DNA of 61,244 nucleotides, counting the filler, from Dirinaria sp. TL-2023a (lineage: Eukaryota), in the NCBI GenBank assembly GCA_051941275.1. It is 9 parts of 9 records of this genome, joined end to end, with 100 filler letters (N's around TTAATTAATTAA, not from the genome) between each part and the next. Parts side by side here need not be neighbours in the genome. Positions count along the whole stretch, not along the records: positions 34,108 to 40,823 come from JAVEBF010001431.1; positions 40,924 to 47,638 come from JAVEBF010001432.1; 7 more parts are not named here. The stretch is one strand, 5' to 3'. The first letter of the stretch is position 1. Each line of letters opens with the position of its first letter. This document shows, piece by piece, positions 35,405 to 47,738 of this stretch. A program made the translations under genes and the position numbers. A model generated the notes under the pieces. It searched no databases. It saw only the letters and a program-made list of their open reading frames with translations, and had not been told where the DNA came from.

Positions 35405-38400
35405 ATGGATACTCGAAACCTAAGACAGATATTGCCAGACAATCAAAAGATCGTCAGTAACGATGTCTCGCGCGACTTCCCACAACCAAACCGAGCTCCT
35501 CCACAATCATCACGGCCCATCGAAGGCTCCTACACACAACGTAAACCAACTCCGAGCCCTCTGCAAGTGAGCGAGACGCCTGCCTACAACGCAGACGAAC
35601 CTCTGCACAAAAGTTCAAACAATCCCGCATCGTCGACGGCATTGAGAACAGCCAGTGACTCACAATACTCCCACTCCCCGCGTTCCCCTCGTCTCAACCT
35701 TGCCGCCAATCCGTCTTCCCCCAAGTCACCTCGGGACCGTTTAGATGAACTACTGGCTTCGGAAGCTTCGGCTACGAAAGACATAGAGGGAGCTGCTGAT
35801 AACCGGGGAACAGCAAAAGTAGGGAAGCCTGCGCCGCCGAAAGCTCAATCCCACAGTCAATTACGCAACTTTTCCTCGCCTTTGCCTCAGACCAGACCCC
35901 TAGACAATTCTCCTCCGCAGTCGCCCCTCTCATCGACTTCCACCAACGTCAGCAGCGCAACAATGCGACCTGACAATAGGTCGTTCCCTCGCACATCATC
36001 GATTGACTCGGCCATATCAAACATATCGTCGATGACCTCGCACTCGCACAATTCTTCACAAGATTCTTTTAGGCCCAGTACGCCTGACATCTCAAATCTG
36101 ATCAATGCGGCGGGATCTGCGGAGGCAGTCATACATCATCTTTTGAAGGATAAACATCATGCAGCTGCTCAAAACGCACAGCTATGGAAATTGGTCGATA
36201 AACAGAGGGCTTTGGTCCTGGGGCTCAATCAGGACCTGGACAGGGCTTTGAAAGACAAGGAGCGCTATCGGAAAAGGCTGAAAGAGCATTTGTCCCAGGT
36301 TCCTGCTATACCTACTAGCCAACCACGTGGGCCTCTACAGTGTCAGAAGCATGAAAGAACTTCGTCGGGTCCAAAGGACACTCACATGGAGTTGCCGATA
36401 CAAGGAAACAAGGTCCGGGAATGCGTGGCACGTGAAGCGCGTGGGAAGGAAGCCAACTCTACCAATATTTCTAGATCGGGACAATCGAAGGACCAAGTTA
36501 CATCAGCTCGCAGTCGTACGAGTTCAGAATCAGAGGTTCAAGCCCCTGCACTAAGCGATGACTTAGTCAAGCCGAGCCCAGGTAGAGCAGTTCCGGCATT
36601 ACAAACAAGTGGTCTGGAAGGGAACAAGACTAGCGGTTCACTGGACAGCTCCCCTCAAAGTGCAGGTAATGTCATATCGCCCAGCAGCTTCACTGCAAAA
36701 CGCTCCAACAACCTGCAAAGATCCTTTACTGGTCCAGCTTTGGCTCTTACAGAACCGACACCGATCAGCGTCGGCGATCAGTCGGCGCTTCCTTTCCGTA
36801 AGCTTCCTCCTGCTCCTTTGGATCTCCACAAACCGAAAACGAGTGCCAATAAGCCTTCCGATTTTGGCCCGGAAGATCATTCAGAGTCTGAGTACGAGGA
36901 TAAGGTCGAAGCGGATGAGCTTCCATCATTCGAAAGAGGGAGGAAGAAGACCCGTGAGGAGGATGACAAAGAGCGGGAGGTTGCTGCGATCAAGCAACAA
37001 ATAGAACGCAGCGGATCGAAGAAGGACAAGCACTCTAAACCGCCTTCAGAACCCGCACCTGCTAAAAGTGGTGGATCCCTTGGCTCGACGAGGATGCAGC
37101 ACGCGCCCATGCCCCTAGGCATTAAATCTCTATCGCCTCCCCCAACTTCCAATGGATCAACCGGTGTCCTCTCTGCTCCGACCTCATTAGCTGGCGTTCT
37201 CAATCCTCCGACAGAACAGCAGCGCCGTTCCAGTTCAGAAGGCAAGATCATGTCGGCCCCTCTGAGCCCTGGCCTGCCTTTAAGCCCACGTCCTGGAGAC
37301 CGACCCATGAACTCTCCTACACCAAGAATGCCCAGAGACTCAAAGACCTCCTCTGTCATGTCTCCACCACTCAGTGCCCGGACTGGCTTACCGCTGTCAC
37401 CAAGAGCTCCAAGACAACCCATACCAATGCCGCCTCAAACCCCTATGTCTATGCTATCACCGACAGCTCAGCAGACAGACCTTCGTCCAGAGCCGCTCTC
37501 GATGGCACAAAGACCCGTCTCTCCCCCACAAGCCAGTCCGCCAGCAGTCCCTCCACCAACCAATTTACCAATTAGGGGACCTCCCACGCCTCTGCCACCA
37601 AATAGTCTTCCTCCAGCTGGCGCTCCACAGTCTCAGACACACGGTTCAAAGACAGACACAGAACTACTCAGACAATCCACACGAAATGACTTGCCCGAAG
37701 AGTGGCGGCCGGAAGGTGTATATAAAGGTTTCCTATCTGATGCTTACCCCCATTTCCTTATACCTCCGAACGCACTTCCCTCTATCAGAATTAAAGTAAT
37801 GTCATCACGCTTAAAACCTTCAAGGTACAGCTACGTAACGGCGAAAGGGGGTGACGACGAGCCGGTATTCACGCTTGGTGTTTCTGCTAGGTCAAACATG
37901 CAAGAACTGTGGCAGGTCGAAAAGTCGGTCTTGTCTTTGCCATTACTTGACAACCAGATAAAGGAGTCTTCGAATTTCAACGTCAAGCTACCTGATCGAT
38001 CATTGTTCAGCGGCCATGCGCCTGCGAAGATTGACGCTCGAAGGGTTGCGCTAGAAGCCTACTTCGAAACAGTCCTCGACACTCCCATGGACGAAAGGGC
38101 GGCTTCCGTTGTATGCCGTTATCTGTCGACACAAGTAATCGAACCAAGAGCCGACAATCCTTCAGGCGACGCTTTGGCTCCTGAAGCCGGCTCTCCCGTC
38201 ACGTTGGGCCCAGATGGACGGCTGTTGAAGGAAGGATTCCTTACGAAACGGGGGAAGAATTTCGGTGGATGGAAAGCCAGGTATTTTGTACTTGACAAAC
38301 CAGTTCTGCGATATTACGAGTCACCGGGCGGATCATTACTCGGTACGATTAGGCTGCAGAACGCTCAGATCGGCAAACAATCACAGCAATCCCAATCGCC

Positions 38401-40217
38401 ACCGCGAGTAGCCGACGATAACGACAGTCACTACAGGCATGCCTTTCTGATCCTTGAGCCGAAGCGGAAGGATTCAAACAGTCATGTGCGTCATGTGCTG
38501 TGCGCAGAGAGCGATGCTGAAAGGGATGTTTGGGTTAATGCGCTTCTACATTATGTTGATGGTCAGGGCGAGGACGAAAGACCTCGACCTTCCCTGTCAC
38601 ACACGGACAGTGGGTCGAATAAGCTCGTCAGGAAGTACATTGCGAAGAAGGAGGACAGTGCGACAGAAAGTCCCGAAACCGAGACCTTCAATGAGCTACG
38701 AGCTGTCGGCTACGAAAGCACCGTGGCCGCCCAAGCGCCTGTCATACAGATCGTTCCTGAGCAGCGTCCTAATGACTCACCATCCCCAACTACAGCTTCA
38801 ATACAATCTTCTGTACGAACGCATGGGTCTCATGTCTCGAAACCAATATCTGGTCCATCAAACGGTGTCAAAATTGAGGATGCAGGGGCGTGGGGATCTG
38901 TCAAACCTATATCAGGGCCATCAAACGGGGTGAAAATCGAGGATGCTGGTGCATGGGGAAATAAGTCTGCAATGGCTCCTCCGAACAATACTAAAGAGAA
39001 AAAGAGAAGCAACTTCTGGGGCTTCACAAGAGACAGGCATCCGTCTGACTACAGTACGACCCATTCGATGGAATCTAATATCAGCTTGCCACTGCAGCCA
39101 AATGTAGAGCGAGCGGCGAACGTCAGACCGGCGTTTGGAATCCCCCTTGCTGAGGCCGTCGAATATTGCGCACCGAAAGACATGCCTGAAGTGTGTTTGC
39201 CAGCGGTGGTGTACAGATCTCTGGAGTATCTGGAGGCGCAGGATGCTGCGAATGAGGAGGGAATCTTTCGCCTGAGCGGCTCTAATGTCGTTATCAGGAG
39301 CCTCCGGGATCGGTTCAATAATGAAGGCGATTTCGACATTCTCGGTGACGAACAATACTTTGACGTGCATGCCGTGGCATCGTTACTGAAGCTGTATCTT
39401 CGGGAACTACCGTCCACCGTTCTGACACGCGAATTGCATCTCGAATTCCTCAAGGTACTGGACCTTGAGGACAAATCTAAGAAGATTGCGGCCTATAACG
39501 TCCTCGTGCATCGACTACCGAAGGCGAATTGGGCCCTTCTCCGCGCACTCTCCGCGTTCCTGATCAGCATCATCAACAATTCGGATATCAACAAGATGAG
39601 CGTTCGCAATGTCGGTATCGTTTTCTCGCCAACCCTCAACATCCCTGCCCCAGTCTTCGCCATGTTCCTTAACGAATTCGACGCGATCTTTGGCGAAGAG
39701 CCCGAAGATCCAAGCATGACCCCTCCGGAAGTCTCCATCACCGAGCCCCTTACTCCAGAAGACATCCGCTCTCCGCGTCGGCAGATGTTTTCGGACATAC
39801 CCACTCCATCGTATACCCAAGACTCCTTCCCCCATCTTCAGCAGCACAAGCCATTGCAGCCATCGTACGAGCAATTCCCGCACGGACCTGATGCCGACCA
39901 CGACACCGGAATGATTCCAATCCAGCCGTCTTATGAAACGTCAATCAGCTTCCAGCCTTCATCCAGCACCGCTACCCAGCCTGGCGCCGGGTACGGAGTG
40001 ACTGCGCGCAAGCCATCGGCGGATAGTGCCGCGAAGGCTCGTCGAAGGGAGAGCTCGATGCTGTTGATGAGCACGCAGAGGAAAAGCTCTCTGCCGTTGC
40101 TGAGGGGCAACGCCGGTAAGCAAATTTCTTCTCCAGCCTTTGAAAATGTTGGGCTTTACCTTAGCTGACCAATATCGGATTATAGGCATGGTGCACGAAG
40201 AAAGTACATACGAATGA
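35405..40217 (+). CDS. BEM3: Bem3-like Rho GTPase-activating protein (PX-PH-RhoGAP, ~1580 aa)
   Basis: Exons 35405-40115 and 40186-40217. PX-like LPDRSLFSGHAPAKIDARR, PH KEGFLTKRGKNFGGWKARYFVL, and RhoGAP EEGIFRLSG, ASLLKLYLRELP, NKMSVRNVGIVFSP. Confidence 0.92.
38840..38959 (+). repeat. In-frame tandem duplication (63-nt period) encoding KPISGPSNGVKIEDAGAWG x2
   Basis: Two 19-codon copies start at 38840 and 38903. Confidence 0.97.
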
Positions 40218-40823
40218 GCGACAAAACGTCCACCACCTAGACTCGTGTGGATTTAGGACGAAGTAATCATAATGTTTTTTTTTTTTTTTTTTTTTGGATT
40301 CTCGACTTTTTCTTGCGCAACTGGCCAGCTAAGGTAGCCAGTCTTGACCACCGAAAAAGAAAATGTTTTCTGAGCGCATTTTTCCAGCGTCGGCGTTTTG
40401 GGGGAGCGGGGAGGGAGGAGCTTTTTTTTTTCTTTTTTGAGACGCGCCACACATCCTTTTTTTATGAGATATCCTGGGCCTCGGACTATACTACTTGCTT
40501 ACTTACTTACGTAGGTAGTCCCTGTCGCCCCCGCGCGCGTATTAGCTTGTCCGTTCGTTTTTTGTAGGACCTTGCTTTTTTTTTTTTTTTTTTTTTTCCC
40601 AACTGTCGTTTTTGGGTTGGGTTGGGTCGGTCGAAGGAAGGAGGGTTGATTGAGAAGGGAAAGGTCGGAAGGAGGCTGTCTGAGATAGTTTTTGGATTCA
40701 AACTACTTTACTTTATTACCTTACTTTAGGTTAGGGTGGTTTTTTGGAGGGTGCAGAGTATGGAGAAAAACCCTCGAGGTGGAGAGAAAAACGAGAATCG
40801 AGGGGGTGATGGATGGTTGGGAT

Positions 40824-40923
40824 NNNNNNNNNNNNNNNNNNNNNNNNNNNNNNNNNNNNNNNNNNNNTTAATTAATTAANNNNNNNNNNNNNNNNNNNNN
40901 NNNNNNNNNNNNNNNNNNNNNNN
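40824..40923. other. Artificial contig linker
   Basis: N44-TTAATTAATTAA-N44. Confidence 0.99.
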
Positions 40924-41413
40924 GATCAATCGTTGGCTCGTCGGGCTATCAATGAACTGTGGTCGACCTTGTGCATGAAACCTTCAGTAGATTTATCGTC
41001 ATTGCCAGGATTGTTGACCGCGTGTCCAGAGAAATTATGATCGCAAGGGTAAATGGAAAAGCAAGCTGATCAAACGATCCTCAAAAGAACTAACGAAGAG
41101 TATATTATAATAGTAGAGGATTGTCTTAGATAAAGCTGAGAAGGTGATGGCGCAAAATGACCGACTGCACTATATACTCGTACCACACAGAAGCATGACC
41201 TGAATTCTCCGAAGTTCTTTCAACCCATCCAAGTTTTTGCGCTGTGGGGGAAATATTTCCCAGTATTCTGGCCGTCTGAACAGCATATATATAACACCTG
41301 GTAAGGTTCCTCTCGATCATGGCCGACGCTGCATATTTCTTCAACAGGCGCTCCATTGCAGCGTCCTGCAGACTGAGAATCTGAAGACACAAAGCACGCA
41401 GCTCATTAACTCT

Positions 41414-42173
41414 CTAGTCAGAAGCAACACATTGAGGCGACTTAGCCCAATTCCCCCAGGCAAAGAATACATACGCGGCAGCCAAACCCTCCGTCTTAGC
41501 CGACACCGCATACGCACTCCCACCATGCTCGGCGGTAGCGACAAAATCCTTCGTGCAAGCGACATCATAGCAATTGGGGCCCTGACCGGTTGGATTATCC
41601 GTGATCTGCTTCCCGTTCACGGTGTTGAGATGGGTGAACTCGTGCAGCAGGATCGCGTCTTGGAATCGGGCATCGAACGAATCGCCCTGGGTTGCTGGAT
41701 CGGTACAGCCTTGCGCGGCTGGTGCGTCGAAGAACGGCTCGCAAAGGGTGATTAGAGGACGGCCTTGGGTGTTTGTGCTCGCTGCTGCGTTGTTGCCGCA
41801 TTGGGTGGTTGAGGAGGTCGGGTCGCATAGGATGTCGAAGTTCGTGGGATCGGTCAGTTTGTAGTGCGATATCGCTGAGTAGACTCGGGTGACGAGTCCG
41901 CCGTCAGATCCTCCGAAGTAACTGGAGGTACATCAATGGCGCCTTAGATGGTGAAAAAAAATCTGTGTGCGTAAGGGAGACTTACGCTAGCCAGTCGTCG
42001 TTATCGGTGTTGCCGGCTGTCTGTAGGTTAACAGCCAGCGCGCTTGTGAATGCATTATTGATCGCTGTTAGTTGATCTGGGGAACAGCTCTGAATATTAC
42101 GAGATAATAGCAGTGGAGATGCATATGCTGAGAAGAATGAGATTGAAAAGAAAGCAAAGAGAAGGTTCGTCAT
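41414..42173 (-). CDS. Secreted M35/deuterolysin-like zinc metalloprotease (~231 aa)
   Basis: Exons 42173-41986 and 41921-41414. Signal peptide, SCSPDQ, YFG, ITLCEPFF, ILLHEFTHL and downstream ITD...CYD. The ORF track shows it only in fragments. Confidence 0.85.
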
Positions 42174-43369
42174 ATTGTCTGAATCCTCGATCAGGTTCCC
42201 AAATTTGAAAAGAAAAAAAGCTTCGTACGTTGTCGCTACTGTTAATGATAGGCTGTATCTCGGCTGCATTATATAGACAAATTACACGGTCTATGGTGAG
42301 AGCGCAAGCCACTGTCAGACCCATTGCTGAAGGTCATCTGGGACGGGTCATTGCAGATATTGAGAAGACGGCATATAATGGCGTGTTTTGGACTGAATCA
42401 TGCATGAAGACCAGCGACGATGAGTCAACGCGCAGATTTATATATAGCTTAGTACAAATATTAATTTTTGAGTTGGTTCTATTTTGAGATTCACGGGACA
42501 GGCCGTCTAATGCGGGGATGCCGGAGAATCGGAATGTGAGGTTGTTTGAATTTTCTGAAACATTTCAGGGCATCCCGTCTCCTCATTAACGCTTTCAGGG
42601 CTTTGTAGGCCCCATACGCTCCCGTAGATCTGTCGCCTGAGCCGAGTGTTATTGTCGGACTAAATATACTATCAAATACAGCAATTATCACCTACCAAGA
42701 GTAGGGCCCCCTTTTGGTGCAAAATACAAGGTCGTTGCTGTCTTACATTTATCAATTATTGGGACTTGGCAAGCTTTAAAGAGCCATTAGGAGCGAGCGT
42801 AAACCCTTGACACCTGTTCCGTGTTGGAAAGTGTCTCTATGAGCATCAGTAGTGCTTTAGTAAGGTTCATGCAGGCGCAGATACTTGACCTTGCTGTCCG
42901 GAATTGACCTCTGTGAAATGCTGCCATGCTTGTGTCAAAATCAGGTTCTCTTTGTTGTTAGAGCAAAACCTTTGTCCATGACAAGCGCTCAAGTCCATCC
43001 AGCAATCGATGTGATGCTAGTGATCTCTCGACTATGCGCAGATTGTAGTAGGCTTTCAAGATGCCCTTATATTAGGTTCTCAGGTACTGGAACGGCCCGC
43101 AAGCGTGGTGTAATGTAGCGAATTAAGAGTCAACAAAGCTCTTCGCTATTTCGAGGCTAATCGTTTCGCTCGCTTCGCAGCCTGACAGGGAGAAACTGAC
43201 GTTGCGCGAACTCATACGCCATGATCACACTGTATAAGCGGTCGAGATATGAACGAGACTCCTCGTAAGCGAGTTGTCGGGTCTGTGCTTCATGCGATGA
43301 ACAATGTCCTTGGCTATCCTTTAGAAAATCTGCCACAAGGGTTTTGTATACCACCAAATTAGAATCCTA

Positions 43370-43944
43370 ATGGACCATTCTCATATACGAATCGGTGGAT
43401 ACGCATTTATCCCACTGATTTTATCGGCGTTGGTAGCGTCATATCCACTTTTCAACTCGTCAGCATTAATTCTATCTCCTCCAGAAAACGTCACTGATAC
43501 AGAGTAGTAAGTTTTCTCCTTGCTCAAGAGCATCAATTCTGCTCAAAAACTGCCTTTAGTCCCGTCAGTGATCCATTTGCATGGCACCATCCTGGCTACA
43601 CCGATGCAGTCAAGTTCTTCGATTACCAAGCTTGGCTACCACACAACAAAGTCCTGCAAGTCCTCCATAGTGCGAATGTCGAGGCATACAGCCATGGAGG
43701 AGACCTTCCGATACTAGAGCCCTTGCTGTTTGTCATTGATGATGTTCAGCTCGCCTTGACGCCGAAGGAAGGAATGAATTGGTGGGCTTGGGCGACAGCG
43801 TCCTGGGGGATGAGAACGACCGTAGAGGATCATGGGATGTATTTTGAATGGAAATTCACTGTTTTTACTAGAAGATTAGGGGAAGTAGGTCATGGTACAC
43901 TTAGCAGCAGGACTAGCGACTCGGTTAGAATGAGCGAGAGGTAG
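43370..43944 (+). CDS. Small putatively secreted protein of unknown function (~173 aa)
   Basis: Exons 43370-43506 and 43560-43944 (gtaagt...tag) give an intact frame: hydrophobic N-terminus YAFIPLILSALVAS, then DPFAWHHPG...MNWWAWATASWGM...FEWKFTVF...VGHGTL. Confidence 0.7.
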
Positions 43945-44611
43945 GAAGGAGCGAAATTTCACCCTAGGAAATTTAGCAAATGAATGTGCAGAAAATTATG
44001 GAAACCATTTTTGCCGTAGAAGATCCAGTTCCGAAAAAAGCGACTTTTTGCATGAGTGTACTCAAATATACTAGTTGCTGTATGTATCTAGAGGTCTTGA
44101 TCAATCTTCTCGTGAGCCAAACCTTGGTCAAATGCGCGGCTCGGCTAAGGGGAAAACGCCAATATGCCAGTGGCCTGTTTACTATACTGTCACTGGCATA
44201 CTGTTACCATCTCGAATAATGGTGTTGGGGCCGTTGATGATGCCATTGCTACCTTTTGTGTGCATATAGGGGTAAAAGTACGTGACTATAGACGTTAGCT
44301 GACCTATGGATGGAGATTTGTGTAGGCCCTTTTCTACAGCTTCAGAATACCTATACTACCTTATAGCGATTCAGAATTGAGCTTTCCGATGCAGTCAACA
44401 GCGTTCTGGAGTTATTCTTGGGGGAGGTTCATACAAACCACTCCCGAGGCGTCCCAGCACCTTGTGATATGTCCACAATTGCCTCGATATCGCATTCGAT
44501 ATGAGATTGCACAGGAACTCATTTGTCCGCCCACCTATTCTAGGTAACGGCCATATGCGCAGAGGACATTGTTGGCGCTAGCGCTTGTATCACGCATGCT
44601 CCGTACGTACG

Positions 44612-44976
44612 AAGGGTTGCAAGACCTACGCTAACCCAATCTAAGTTTTTGTCTTTTCTTTGTTTGCTTGTAAAGAGAAAAATAATGCTTTCAAAATCAG
44701 AAGACAGTCCCAGCGGTCAAAAAACCCCATCTAACTGAAAAGCTAAGGGTTAGGAAACCCTTGCGCTAACCCAATTTCGATTTGCAATGAAACTCTGTTG
44801 GGTTGCAATGAGCGAAATGCCTTAATACTTTCAGATTCAAATGACAGTCACGTTAAAACCGCTTAAGAATGACGCGCTGCGAGAGTTTTACCTAACTCAA
44901 TACAGGTTTTCTTAAAATCTTTGTCGGACCCTAATCAGAGAAAGTCCTCAAATGTTAGGGAGGTCTTGCAACCTCA
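44612..44976. mobile_element. MITE-like element candidate
   Basis: Perfect 13-nt inverted repeat ggttgcaagacct (44615-44627 / 44961-44973), extendable with ctaac. An internal direct copy aagggtt...cgctaacccaat is near 44745. No ORF. Confidence 0.5.
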
Positions 44977-45364
44977 GACTATGAATTTAAGGGTCCTCCG
45001 ACAAACTCGGTGTTTCTTCGGACCTGCCTGATTTGGATGAGCCCGAAATAACTCCGAATATCAGCACTCTAAGGTACTCTGATGATGCCTTTAGATTCAA
45101 AATGCATCAAATCCGTAGCCGAAAGTCATACCCGTAAGACTTTTTCCATCTACGGAGATAACTTCATTCCACCCCCACATTCAACTTGTCGGATACAATC
45201 TTCATAACGAGTCCCGGCCTCATCCGATTGTGATATCATTGAGCTGGTCTCCATTCGGATGACTCTCAGAAAGATGAATGTTGGATATGCTGCTCTGAAT
45301 GAGAGGAGTTCTTGATCAAATTGAAACTGAGACTCCGTATAAGAGAACAGGTTTCAACGCCAAC

Positions 45365-46592
45365 ATGCTACAACCAATAGTCTGCAAAGGAACCCCTTAC
45401 GAGGTTACAATATCGATCTACGGAAATAGACACCAGAAACATTAACAATCTACGTAGATCGGACGGCAGCACGGAGAAGCCGCCAAGCTCCAAATCGAGC
45501 GATGCATAGCTTTCTACGCCAAGCTGTTCTTGGAGTACAGCAATCAGCAATGGCCACAAGTCCTGCAGACAGCAAGAATATTTGAAGACAATATCAAAAC
45601 CGCATGGCCACGTTATTACGAGGAGATGCGAGGTCGGTCGGACACTGCGCACTGGACTTCACCTCTCAAGATCCCACTAATACATCAATATCAGGAATCG
45701 CGGAAGGCTCGCAACGGGATCTTCTAGACATAATCGCCATCAACGTGCGTACAGAGATCGCGTTCGGTCTGTTCACAGACGGCTGCACGAGTTTATCGTG
45801 GAAAACGCAGAAGCGCTCACTGCTAGGCCAGAATTGGGATGTTCGTAACACCTTTCCAGTGTACTGCATAGACCCAGCTATGAAAAAATAACTAACCTCC
45901 TATCGCAGTGGATGGAAGAGCAAAAAGAAAATCTCATAGCCATAGAAATCCATCAGCCAGGCTTCCCCATCATAAAAATGATGACCGAAGCCGGCATGAT
46001 TGGGAAAATCGGTCTCAACTCCGCCGGTGTCGGGGTATGCTTTAATGCCATTCGAGCCAAGGGCCTCGACGCATCGCGCATGCCTGTTCATCTCGGCTTA
46101 CGTGCCGTGCTCGACAGTACATCTGCCGGCCTCGCCATCGAGAAGCTGGAATACGTAGGAATGGCGAGTTCAGCGCATATGCTGATCGCTGATGCATCCG
46201 GCTCTGTGGGGCTGGAATTTACATCTACGACGTTTGCTCGCTTGGAGATGGATAACCATGGCCGCATTACGCATTCTAATCATATGCTGCTTCAGCACGA
46301 GGGTTTGAGGGAGCCGTCATGGCTGCCTGATTCCCCGTTCCGGATCGGTCGGATCAAGACTTTGACGGGGGAGATGGAGGCAGAGCCGTCATGGACCGAG
46401 TTCAGCCACGTTTTTGAAGACGAGAAGAATTTCCCGGCAGCGATTTGTCGGAAGCAGCAGGGCGATACGACGAGCGCAACGCTGTTTAATATTGTCATGG
46501 ATCTGATGGAGAGGCGGGCTGTTGTTCGCTTAGGCAGGCCGTGTGCGGTGGAAGGAACGATGATTTTTCATTTCGAAGCTGAGGGCACTTAA
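45365..46592 (+). CDS. Peptidase C45 / isopenicillin N acyltransferase-like Ntn hydrolase (~347 aa)
   Basis: Exons 45365-45403, 45458-45632, 45695-45840, 45909-46592. GTPYEIGRQHG, EEMRGIAEG, NVRTEI, autocleavage site DG/CT, QNWDW, GKIGLNSAGV, HSNH and TLFNIVMDL motifs. Confidence 0.92.
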
Positions 46593-47203
46593 GCAGTGTA
46601 TTGATTTGGTGCGTCAAATCTATCACTATTTGTTTTTCTTTATAATTGGTTTCTGCGTCTTGGTGCTGAGGGCGATTGTGATCTCACTTTGATAGCCAAA
46701 CATGATTACCCCGTTTTCTAAAGAAATGAAGAGCCGAGATTTTTCTAAGAAGCAGGGCATTAGAGGTTAAAGCCTAGAGCTGACATGCGACAAGAACAGT
46801 TTGAAATGACCCAATTAATAATTATATTACCAAGTCCGGACACCACCCCGAAAGATGTCCTTGGTATTTTCTCCAGGATTAAATCCAAAATCCCAGCCGA
46901 TTCTCGGGAAAAGGCCCAAACATCGAAAGATAAAAGCGCTGCTCTATCTGAGAGAGCTGTTCAATGCAAATGATGCTCAATATTGAAGTCATCGAACCAA
47001 ATCTGCAGACTCGCAACTGGCTGGAATAAAACTCATCATTCCTGCATATCACTCTAGTCAGAAGAGCATCCGTAATTAACACCGCACTCTACCTTCCAAA
47101 CTCAATCTGGATCAAACGCTTCATTGCCGACGACCAGCAACATCAACTCCCAATACAGCATCGCGCCCTAAGTCTCGTACAATATATACCACCTCCTAGA
47201 ACC

Positions 47204-47638
47204 CTATACCAGGTCCAACGGCTCAACAGCCTCCGCACCCCAATCAGCATCAGCTATCTCAAGCGCACATTCCAAAGAACCACTCAGCGCCTCTGCCAGC
47301 GCATCAGCTAAATCCTCAAACCCCTCTATCCCCTCTAAATCTATCCTCGGCGGGCTATCCAAATCCCTTTCCAACCCACCAACAGAATCCGAAGCGGCAA
47401 TTGAGTGCGAAAAAGGTTCCGATGAACGCTCATCATCATCCTCTTTCAACACATCACGAGACGAAAGCAGCGAGGTCGTACTCTCACTTTTAGATTTTGC
47501 GTTGTAGCGGCGGCGCTTGAATATCTTGGAAGCTATGATCCGTTGAATGAGATTGGGATAGTCTTCTTTAAGTCTGGGGAAGAATGTTATTCCTGATTCT
47601 ATTTCTGGCTGCTGGTGGTGGTGGTGGGGTTTACGGGG
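47204..47638 (-). CDS. Hypothetical protein, C-terminal fragment
   Basis: Frame is open to the contig edge (HHHHQQPEIESGITFFPRLKEDYPNLIQRII...AVEPLDLV*). No family recognised. Confidence 0.45.
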   Translation of the reverse strand, partial: PRKPHHHHQQPEIESGITFFPRLKEDYPNLIQRIIASKIFKRRRYNAKSKSESTTSLLSSRDVLKEDDDERSSEPFSHSIAASDSVGGLERDLDSPPRIDLEGIEGFEDLADALAEALSGSLECALEIADADWGAEAVEPLDLV

Positions 47639-47738
47639 NNNNNNNNNNNNNNNNNNNNNNNNNNNNNNNNNNNNNNNNNNNNTTAATTAATTAANNNNNN
47701 NNNNNNNNNNNNNNNNNNNNNNNNNNNNNNNNNNNNNN
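47639..47738. other. Artificial contig linker
   Basis: N44-TTAATTAATTAA-N44. Confidence 0.99.
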
